Below, piece after piece: positions 53,260 through 64,000 of a stretch of DNA of 64,000 bases (the first letter of the stretch is position 1; every line of letters begins with the position of its first letter). The stretch spans positions 240,374,001 through 240,438,000 of the forward strand of contig OZ024741.1 in NCBI GenBank assembly GCA_964016885.1. Reading direction: 5' to 3'. The DNA comes from Eledone cirrhosa. Taxonomy: Eukaryota. The position numbers were made by a program, and so were the translations under genes. The notes under the pieces are model-generated. The model was not told the origin of the DNA, made no database searches, and was given only the letters and a program-made list of their open reading frames with translations.

Positions 53260-56250
53260 GTTTACATAAAAATCGAGTAAGAAAAATATAACAAACAAAA
53301 TAGTAACAAGAAGGTCCTCAATAGGGAGGGATCGTTTTGGGGTCACACACACCCCCGAAAAAATGTGCAACCCTTCTCCACGGGAGCACAAAGAGAGGGT
53401 GCTCCCTTCTTCATTTTCCATCTACAGGCTGAGGTAGAGAGAAGGCCCATTCACACGGGCCATTCTCGCAACTTTCACCCACTTTTCATAAAACTGGCTG
53501 GAGTGGAGCACGTCTCTCTCCATCCTGATCCTTCTTCCGAAATGGTATCGGAAGAAAAGGACCAGTTGTTAGCCGGAAAGAAAGGTGTCCGACCTCAGCC
53601 CTTTCAGACGCGTCCACCATATAACCTCTTTTACCATGGCTATTACACAGAGGAAGACCGCCTCTCCTTCATTTTTGAAGGGGGGAGGCGGCTTGATCGT
53701 TACAATGGACTCGGTGGTCAACCTAATTGGTCCCACCCGTGACAGCAGTTGTTCGACATAAAAGAGGGCGACAATAAAAACGGGCGCGCTCCATTTTGGC
53801 GAGGATCTCACCCGGGCAAGGCACGACAGTCAAGCGGTAATAGATAACGGACGCTATGTAAGCGTTCGCCACCTCCGCCCGACCTTTCAGGGATAGTTTG
53901 CACTTGGCCCACTTCTGGGTCAGTGCAAACACCCTATTCGTCACCTCACCCCAGCTTTTCTCCACCTAGAGGTCCGGTCCGAACCAGACCCCAAGCAACT
54001 TCACTGGGCCCTCCGTCCACCGTCCGATGATACCGTCGGACGACATCGCTTTGCCCCTCCACTCGCCGAGTTGCAAAGCGACTGACTTGTCCCGGTTCAG
54101 CTTAGCCCTTGTCAACCTTTCGTACTCCTCCAGTAAGGTGCCGATTGCCGCGATTTCCGCGGTGGTCAACACCATTACTGTTACGTCATCGGCGTAGGCC
54201 AACACCACTTTGCGCAATCCTGGTTCCAAAGGGATGCTCTGCAACAACTCCAACTTCCGCAGTAGTGGCTCGAGAGCCAATACATACAGAAGGGAGGAGA
54301 AAGGGCACCCCTGTCGGATGGAGCGGGTGATTTCGAACGGCTCTGAGAGGTAGCCGTTCACCTTGACTCTAGAGCAGATGCGGCTGCTGTGCATGGCAGT
54401 GATCCAGCCCCTGAAAACGGGTTCGAACCCAGCCGCCGCTAGCACCGCATCCAGGTAATCATGGTCCACCCTATCGAATGCTTTAGACTGATCTAAATTT
54501 ATCAGGGCCCCACCAAAGCCGGGTTCGTTCCCAACCCTCTCTATGATGTATCGCATGAGGTGGAGGTTGTTGTGGATGGACCTGGACGGGATAGCGCATG
54601 TCTGCGCATCTCCCACCAGTCCCCCCCACGACAAGCGCCAACCTCTTCGCTAACACCTTGGCCAAAATCTTTAACTCTGCATTTAGCAGAGTTATGGGCC
54701 TAAAATTACTAATGTCATCCCCCTTGTTCTCGTCCTTCCTCAATAGCGAGACTACACCCTTGGTCACAGAACAGGGAATTCTCCCGTTCTGTTGCAAGTT
54801 GCAGTAGACCGCCTCGAGGAGATCGGGGAACAAGTCCGGCATATTAATATATAGTTCGTAGGGCAGACCATCGAGCCCTGGAGATTTGCGTTTGCCACAT
54901 AGGCTCAGCACATCTCCTATTTCAGCAGCTGAGATCGGCCCGTCGCAGGACCTCGCCTCCTTGTCCGAAAGACGCGGCAGGCCGTCGAGGTATGGACCGA
55001 AATCCACATCTCCAACCGGCCCCCTGCCCCTCCCGAACAATCGGGCAAAGTGCCTTTGAAAGGCCTCGCATATTTGCTTAGGTTCAAGGATCACCCGTCC
55101 ATTCTGGTCTCGCAAAGACCGGATAGTGGATTTAATCCCACTTTTCGCTTCTGTCATGCGGGCCCAGCTAACAGCTTTGGTCCCCTCGTTTCCCAGAGCA
55201 CGTATTTTGCTTCGGACAACGCAGCCTTCGTGTTTTGCGTCGAAGAACTGGTTCAAGGCCGTTCTCGACGCTTGCACTCTGGCCACGTTGCCGCTTCTCA
55301 TTGCCTCTTCAACATTAACTACCAACTCCCTTTCCTTCCTATTTCTATCTGAGGCTAACTCCTTACTAACTCCTATTGAAACTACTCTAATCTCTCTCTT
55401 TAGAGAGCCCCACCACCTGCTGTTGACGATGGCGCCCGTCAACCGCTCCTTAACTAAGGTTCTAATCCGGTCCCTGTAAGCTCTACTTGCCGGTAAGGAC
55501 AAGTTGAGCTTCCAGTAACCGGGTCCCTGCCTATGCGTTCTATCAAGGTGGACTACGCAGGTCACTAACTTGTGGTCTGAATAGCCCACCATGAGCATTT
55601 CTGGACAACTTAAAAAGTCCCTATCCTTAATTCTAACTAAGAACCTATCTAGGTACGATCTAGATTGACCACTGTTATTTGACCAAGTCCAGGTTGGCAC
55701 AGTCGGAAAATCTAGTCGATATCTATCGGCCAGGTCAAATCGGCCGATTAACCCCTTGAGGCTGTTACACCCCCCTCTATCGGAACATGCCCCTACATAG
55801 TCCCAACGTGCATCTAGGATACCATTCCAGTCCCCCACTAAAAGCAAGGAGCGGGACATCCCTAGAAAAGTCTCCAGACGATGGAAGAAGTCCGACCGCA
55901 TTGCCCCAAAAGGGGCGTATACGGCGACAAGCCTAAAAGCTTCGCCTTCACCACTGCCAAGGTCCAGAACCCCGAGTCGACCCTCCGGGTCCAAGTGTAC
56001 CGTCTGTGTAGCAAGACCCATTTTTTTGCAGCAGAACGACAACCCCACCCCCACCTCCGGGCTGACAGAGAGATGCGTGCATCTCAAAGTCATCAAAGGT
56101 GGGGGCTAGCTGTCGCACGCTGCTGATCCGGGCCTCGCAAATAACCATCACATTTATACATTGTGACCTGAGGTCATTTAGAAGTTTAGCTTGCTTCCAA
56201 GGTGAGCCCAGGCCACGCGCATTTAGACAACCTACTCTTAACACAGCCAT
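53260..56250 (-). pseudogene. Tx1/L1 ORF2 (endonuclease-reverse transcriptase), disrupted
   Basis: Split over ORFs 55948-56250, 54483-56096, 53966-54634, 53723-53965 and downstream fragments; stop at 53966 and several frameshifts. Confidence 0.88.
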
Positions 56251-56273
56251 GTTGGTGGCAAAGAAAGAGGCAC

Positions 56274-57689
56274 TTACCTCTCTGCGTCCCGGGGTCCGGG
56301 CTGCTCAGTTTCCATGGGGCTGGTGGAGGGGTTGTTGGGTGGGGTCGTGGTTTGTGGTGGTGTGGGGATATTAGTGTGTGGAGGGGTTGGGGTGTTTGGA
56401 ATTGTGTGGGTCTTTGAGGAGGGGAGGGGAAAACCTTTCAGGAGGACGCGGTTGAGTGGCCTGGTGCAGGTTGGCCCCACGTCCTCAGGGTAAATGTTTT
56501 TCAATGTTTTGAAAATGTCAAGTGGGACTTTCACCATTTTCAGGTTAGGGAGTCCCATTGCCATTGCAAAATTTGGCCCTTCGGTACAAACCGAAGGGTT
56601 GTTTTCTATTTTTTCTGTTAAGTTTTTATTGTTTTTGTTTATGTATGTGTATCGTTTTTGTGTTGTGTTTGTTTTTGCTTGTTGTTCTTGAGTGAGTTTG
56701 CATTTTGTTGTCTGTGTTGTGTTGTCAGGTGGGGTTATTTTTGTTTGTGTGGTGTGTGTACGTTTTTTCCTTTTCACTTTTTGGAAGGGAGCCCCTCGTC
56801 TTCCGACGATATGAGCTCCTCTTCCGTATTGGAGGGGAGGGGTATATTTCCAGGTTGTGTATGAACTGCGTGTGTTTTTGTATTTGTGTTCTGTGGGGAG
56901 GGGCTGGGTGGGATCCTGTTTTGGGTTGTTTTCTTGAGCTGTTGTTGATGTTGTTGTTGTGGTGGTAGAGGTGTTGTTGTTGGTTTTTGTTGTCGTTGTG
57001 GTGGTGATGGTGGTGTATTTTGTTGTTTTTGTGGTGGTGGTGCTGGTTGTTTTTGTTGTTGTTGTGGTGTTTGTAGCAGTGGTTTTTTTGTTGTTAGTAG
57101 AGGGCAGGCCGTCCTCAGGTGACCTCTGCCAGCGCAGTGGTAACATGAGGGCCTCCTGCCTTCCACCGTAATATTAATAAAGGATCGCCCATCCAGTAGG
57201 ACTCGGTCGGGTATTTCGGCGATTCTCTCAGGTGTCATCTGTAAGAGAACCTCCAGACTTTTCCCCCCGAACAGTCCACTGGTGGACTCCCCTGCTGATA
57301 TAAGGATGTCCTTTTCTAGGTCCGTAAATCCTGTCAGGATGGACCAGATGTTTACTTCTGGCGTTGAGCTCCACATTCTTAGTCTCTGAGTTCTTTTTCC
57401 TTTATACGTGGGGAAGAAGGTCTATTGTGGTGACACTATAGGTGCCACCGAGCATTTTTGAGCCAGCATTTCATCCTTCATTCGGACCATAATGTTGGCC
57501 TACAGCTTTCCTCTTTCAATAAAGAGTATGTCTTTTTTTTATGTCTTTCAGAACCAGCTCAATTTGACTTTCTGTCAATTGAGCTGGCTTTCTAGTTGTG
57601 TTGGATATTGTTCTGAAGGTTATGGTATTCCTATATACCTGTTGACGAACTTCTTCTGGGGAGTTGATTGTAAATGAACCATCCTCCCA
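56274..57689 (-). pseudogene. Tx1/L1 ORF1 (gag-like, CCHC zinc knuckle, low-complexity T/Q/P tract), disrupted
   Basis: ORFs 56774-57376 and 56274-57146; CX2CX4HX4C motif; ends 24 nt before the ORF2 ATG. Confidence 0.75.
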
Positions 57690-59946
57690 GTAGACAGACA
57701 GACACATAGACAGACAGACATGTAGGCAAACAGACAGACATGTGGACAGACAGACAGACACGTAGACAGACAGACAGACAGACAGACAGACACATAGACA
57801 GACAGACACAGACAGACAGACAGATAGACAGACAGACAAACACATAGACAGACAGACACACAGACAGACAGACAGACACATAGACAGACAGACACATAGA
57901 CACATAGACAGACAGACAGACAGACACATAGATAAACAGACACACATAGACAGACAGACAGACACATAGTCAGACAGACACATAATCAAACAAATAGACA
58001 GACAGACTGACAAATAGACAGAAGGAGAGGTAGACAGACAATTAGACTGACAGATAGAAGAATAAACTAAAATATAGAAATATAGATAGGCAGACCAAAA
58101 GAAAGACAGAGAAAAAGAAAAGCAGAGAAAAAGAAAGGCAGATAAAGACAGGATAACAGAGAGAAAGAAAGGAAGAAAAAAAAAAGGAAAAACAGATAGT
58201 GACAAACAGACAGGCAGAGAGACTGAAAGAAAAATAGGATTTAATTGTGATATCTAAAAAGATATCAATTGATTTATTATTTATTACATAGGAGGATATC
58301 GTATAACTATAAAGATCACAGCTTCCTGACACCAGATGGTTGGTAGATGAAGAAACCCCACCTCCAGCCAGCTGTGAGGAGATTACTGTTTCAACTCCTA
58401 CAATGTCCATATTGTGTGAAGTCACCCCTTGCTGTTTGGAGGGAAATTGGTGTAATGTTTAGTCAACTGTGAATGAATGGTTATGATTGAATGAAGGACT
58501 TCTGAAGGTAAACCAAGCCTGTTCAATACTATTACAACCATTACTGGGCTGAAACCATTGAAAGAAAACTAAATGAAATACTAATTTCCTATAATGGAGA
58601 AGAACTCTAGTTCAATCTCAGTAGGCATCTAAATTCAAACAGAGCTGATGTGAATTGTGATAACTTACCAGTTAATGAGTGGTATTGAAGCAGAGAAAAT
58701 AAATTCACCTTGGCAAGCTTGAACTTAAGTCAAGTGGAAAACTCTCGATGATGCATCAAATTTGTGTGTATCATGTTTTTCGAGTTAAATGCTAAAGAGA
58801 TCTCAAACCTATTCATTTCTCTCCACCTCACGGAGAAAAACAGAACGTGTAAAAGTAATTGTGAAAAGATAATGTAGCTTAGAAACACTTGATTTATATT
58901 CCTGCAAACAGTAAGAGAAGGAAGAAAAAGTAAAAAAAAACTGCCTTAATGATCTATAGAATATAAAGTAATGTTAGTATGACGGCTTATGTTAGTTCCC
59001 AAAGTAGATCTGACTACGTAGGAGTAACAAAATCCTCTTTAGTAATAATAGCAGAATTGAAGACGACATAAACTGTAGAATCGGTTTTTCACTGAGACTG
59101 TGTCAAAGAAATATCCTGACAGGGGTTTTTATAGTTCAAATCTAGCTGAACTATTTTCAGGCTTCTTGTTGGTCAGAATGATGATGATAGTGGTAGTGGT
59201 AGTGGCTGGGGTGCTGATGACGAAGAAACAAGGAAAACTTATACAGATGTCTGATTTGTAGCCATGATTGTCACAGTCATCAATCAGCTTGGCAAAAAGA
59301 TTAAACACACCATACTGAAATTGCTTTCTCACTGAAATTGCTTTCACACTGAGATAGGCCACATAAAATTACACACACCATGATCAGATTGCTTTGACAG
59401 GGGGGTAATGGTAGACACCCCCCCTTTTTTTTTCACTGAACTAACAATATATTTGTTACAAGCAAGAAAACCATTTAAATTCACAGCACTTCTCCAATGA
59501 TAAGATGAAATAGAAGCAATACTGAACATCAAAGATATGATTATTTCATTCTATAGATGTCGTAAAGAATATCAATATCAATATATGAGTGAGTGTGTGC
59601 ACGTCTATATGTGTGTGTATATATATATATATGTGTGTGTGTGTGTATATACATATATATATTTACATGCATACATATGCACTTGTGTATGTGTAAATGT
59701 ATGTATATATATATATATATGTATAAAAGCATATATATATGTGTATAAAAGCATATATATATATGTGTGTATATATATATAAAGGTATATATATATATGT
59801 ATATATAAAGGCATATATATATGTATATATATATATATATAAAGGCATATATATATATGCATATATATGTATATATATATAAAGGCATATATATATGTAT
59901 ATATATATAAAGGCATATATATATATGAATATATATATATAAAAGC

Positions 59947-59981
<35 letters not shown>

Positions 59982-60603
59982 TAAAGGCATATATATATAT
60001 ATATGTATATATGTATATATAAAGTCATATATATATATGTGTATGCATGTATGTATATATATATATAAAGGCATACATATATATATGTGTATGCATGTAT
60101 GTATGTATACATGTGCTGTGTGCATAACTGCATATACACACACATACACAATATGTGTGTGTATCTGTATCTCATATGCAAATGCACATCTATAGGAGTA
60201 AGTGCTTGCTGATTTTCCAGAGGTAAATATGCAATATTGTAATGTAGAGAATTTAGGTACATCCGTCTCTCCATCTATCTGATTCACATAGATGAAACCT
60301 TAAGGGATATTGAAACTGAGTTACTGTCTTTTAATAAGGAAGAGGAAGTTCACAAACTTCTGTGATTGATAGTTCTGCTGTGGCATTTCTATATATATCA
60401 TATCATAGGAGGGAAAAGATTCTAAGATATCCTCCTTCTAGAATGATCTTGATGCATACAAGTGAAAAATGACTAGTGAGAGGAATGAAAAAGTTGAAAA
60501 AATGAACTATGATACACACCCATCTACATACACACACACATTTATGTGTATATGTATGTTCATATGCATGTATATAGATACATTAAACAGTGATGACTGA
60601 TAT

Positions 60604-60634
<31 letters not shown>

Positions 60635-60654
60635 GGAACGCTTCACGAATTTGC

Positions 60655-60690
<36 letters not shown>

Positions 60691-60711
60691 GCAAATTCGT
60701 GAAGCGTTCTA

Positions 60712-60746
<35 letters not shown>

Positions 60747-60813
60747 GAAAGTATAGAAATTATTGTGAGCGTGAAGCCAACAGTATTTCATAATATGTTC
60801 ATCATGTTTCTAG

Positions 60814-60866
<53 letters not shown>

Positions 60867-61768
60867 GTCCCACCCTTGTAAGCAGGGAAAAGCGGACATA
60901 AAATGATGATGATATATATATATATATATAAATATATATACAGCTATATATATCATTTATATATATATATAGTTGTGTTATAGGTTATTGCAATATATAC
61001 ACTACATATGCATTGAATGAAAGACTCATATACTTTTTATAGTTGAAATATTCATATATATGAAAAACGAAAACAATTTGAGTGCAAAGAGTGCCTACAC
61101 ATAAGATTTTATGGTGACAAACATTTGTATGACATGAGAGCTACTTACTAAATGTTAGAAGCCGTTACTCTAGTTATAAGCAAACACAGCAAAATGGCCA
61201 GAAGCTACAAGCACTACAGGTTTCAGCTAAAAGTATCCTTCTCATGTGAATTTACATAAATATGTGAAGACACACACACACACACTATTAGATGGCTGTT
61301 GACTCTGATAAGGGCCTTCAACCATCGACAAATCTTGTTTTTCATACCACAGGGTGTGCAAAATCCACCCCCCTCCTCACCAATCAGGTGAAACAGTATA
61401 ATAATATAGAAATAATTTTTTTGATTGTTTTTACACCTATTTATTCCTGTTTTTTTTTCTTTTATTTTGCATAGACTGTATGAATTCTCCGAAACATCTG
61501 AGTTTTTCTGAGAAGAAACTGGTGGTTCGTTGCTCATCTCCTCCAGTTATAGAGAAAGGAATGTTATGAGTGATTTTCTCTACCCTTCCCAAGGTGCAAC
61601 AGATTTGAGAGAGAGATTGACTCAAGTATTTGACTGGTATTTTATTATTAACTGCAAAAGGATGAAAGGTAAAGTTGACCTCTGTGGGATTGGAATTCAT
61701 TGTGCCGAAAGTTGGAACAAATGCCACAATGATTGCCACCAATTCACTGCCCAACATGTGACAGTAAT

Positions 61769-61818
<50 letters not shown>

Positions 61819-61883
61819 AGCAAATTTTTCAACCGTTAAGGTTGTTTTCCATGGTTATGTCGTTATTTATAAAACAAATTTTG

Positions 61884-61948
61884 TATTTTATCTGATGAAA
61901 CCACACCAAGATTGGCTTGGTCGCCCTTGAAATATATATAATAAAATA
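61884..61948 (+). ncRNA. Type I hammerhead motif, same family as 4489-4550
   Basis: tattttat CTGATGA aa...accaag attgg cttggt...tt GAA ATATATAT A ataaaata; perfect 8-bp stem I; 3' flank matches 4720-4760. Confidence 0.75.
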
Positions 61949-62294
61949 AATATGGTTTTATAAATATACTTTCCATTTATTAATATCTTGGTATATATAT
62001 ATATATATATCAGTAGTCTTGTCTCTCCAGCTAACATTACACAATCTATAAAAACATATAGAGCTACATGTGATAGTAATGTATATTAGTGGTCTTGTTT
62101 CTCCAGCTAACATTACACTACAACACTTTACATAACAGTATATCAACAGCTAGAAACATGATGAACATCAAATATTGTAGTTTTTCACATAACATTATGT
62201 ATTTGTCTGCTCTGTTATTAAGACACTTCTTTGGGGTTTGGTGTTGCAGTAGAGCTCTCTGTGTATGTGTGGTCAGATTGATGTCACATATGGA

Positions 62295-64000
62295 GAGTTG
62301 TTACATTGATGTCACATGTAGAGGGTTGTAGTGACATTGATGCTACATGTAGAGGGTTGTAGCTACATTGATGTCATATGTAGAGGGTTGTAGTTACATT
62401 AATGCTACATGTAGAGGGTTGTAGTTACATTGATGTCACATGTAGAGGGTTGTAGTTACATTGATGTCACATGTAGAGGGTTGTAGTTACATTGATGTCA
62501 CATGTAGAGGGTTGTAGGTACATTGATGTCACATGTAGAGGGTTGTAGTTACATTGATGTTACATGTAGAGGGTTGTAGTTACATTGATCTCACATGTAG
62601 AGGGTTGTAGTTACATTGATGTTACATGTAGAGGGTTGTAGTTACATTAATGCTACATGTAGAGGGTTGTAGTTACATTGATGTCACATGTAGGTGGTTG
62701 TAGTTACATTGATGTCACATGTAGAGGGTTGTAGTTACATTGATGTCACATGTAGAGGGTTGTAGTTACATTGATGTCACATGTAGAGGATTGTAGTTAC
62801 ATTGATGTCACATGTAGAGGGTTGTAGTTACATTGATGTCACATGTAGAGGGTTGTAGTTACATTGATGCCACATGTAGAGGGTTGTAGTTACATTGATG
62901 TCACATGTAGAGGGTTGTAGTTACATTAATGCTACATGTAGAGGGTTGTAGGTACATTGATGTTACATGTAGAGGGTTGTAGTTACATTGATGTCACATG
63001 TAGAGGGTTGTAGTGACATTAATGCTACATGTAGATTGTTGTAGTTACATTGAAGTCACATGTAGAGGGTTGTAGTTACATTAATGCTACATGTAGAGGG
63101 TTGTAGTTACATTGATGTCACATGTAGGTGGTTGTAGTTACATTGATGTCACATGTAGAGGGTTGTAGTTACATTGATGTCACATGTAGAGGGTTGTAGT
63201 TACATTGATGTCACATGTAGAGGGTTGTAGTTACATTGATGTCACATGTAGAGGGTTGTAGTTACATTGATGCCACATGTAGAGGGTTGTAGTTACATTG
63301 ATGTCACATGTAGAGGGTTGTAGTTACATTAATGCTACATGTAGAGGGTTGTAGGTACATTGATGTTACATGTAGAGGGTTGTAGTTACATTGATGTCAC
63401 ATGTAGAGGGTTGTAGTGACATTAATGCTGCATGTAGATTGTTGTAGTTACATTGATGTCACATGTAGAGGGTTGTAGTTACATTGATGTTACATGTAGA
63501 GGGTTGTAGTTACATTGATGTCACATGTAGAGGGTTGTAGTTACATTAATGCTACATGTAGAGGGTTGTAGTTACATTGATGTCACATGTAGAGGGTTGT
63601 AGTTACATTGATGTCACATGTAGAGGGTTGTAGTCACATTGATGTCACATGTAGAGGGTTGTAGGTACATTGATGTCACATGTAGAGGGTTGTAGTTACA
63701 TTGATGTCACATGTAGAGGGTTGTAGTTACATTGATGTCACATGTAGAGGGTTGTAGTTACATTGATGTCACATGTAGAGGGTTGTAGTCACATTGATGT
63801 CACATGTAGAGGGTTGTATGTACATTGATGTCACATGTAGAGGGTTGTAGTTACATTGATGTCACATGTAGAGGGTTGTAGTTACATTGATGTCACATGT
63901 AGATGGTTGTAGTTACATTGATGTGACATGTAGAGGGTTGTAGTTACATTAATGCTACATGTAGAGGGTTGTAGTTACATTGATGTTACATGTAGAGGGT
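62295..64000. repeat. 31-bp minisatellite running off the window end
   Basis: ttacattgatgtcacatgtagagggttgtag repeated about 55 times. Confidence 0.98.

Larger units (their letters stand above)
53200..57689 (-). mobile_element. Tx1/L1-clade non-LTR retrotransposon, near full length, frameshifted
   Basis: ORF1 remnant with CCHC knuckle (CYHCAGRGHLRTAC); ORF2 from 56250 with APE endonuclease (LNARGL, GDWN, YLDRF, SDH) and RT (SPGLDGLP, FRPITLLN, LDQSKAFDRV, QGCP, YADD); frameshifts and stops; flanked by identical gtagacagacagaca at 53185-53199 and 57690-57704. Confidence 0.92.

Noticed and set aside
58042-58425. 127-aa minus-strand ORF as a host exon
   Set aside because: No recognisable domain or convincing splice pair; it runs into low-complexity sequence.
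62295-64000. Telomeric repeat (tagagggtt resembles TTAGGG)
   Set aside because: The period is 31 bp with no tandem TTAGGG hexamers.

Overview
AT-rich, repeat-dense animal genomic DNA, most likely a coleoid cephalopod (Octopus-like), inferred from the protocadherin and SINE content. One host gene exon is supported: a protocadherin on the minus strand (signal peptide, 6 EC repeats, TM, start of the cytoplasmic tail, 29438-27042, followed by a splice donor). The rest is mobile and repetitive DNA: a decayed Tx1/L1-clade LINE in a (GACA)n tract, an RTE LINE nested in a mariner-type MITE, a CR1-group LINE remnant, two tRNA-SINE families, TTAA MITEs and four tandem arrays. Nearly all long ORFs in the track are microsatellite or satellite artefacts. 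The most striking unannotated signal is more than 10 type-I hammerhead-ribozyme-like motifs from several unrelated families. Most lie in short fold-back (inverted-repeat) elements next to (TA)n tracts, resembling Penelope-like pLTR remnants, and several share non-canonical core features (U10.1-U11.1, U3-A8). The 7.8-kb satellite derives from the 3' flank of one of them. All structures were read by eye; no searches or folding programs were run.
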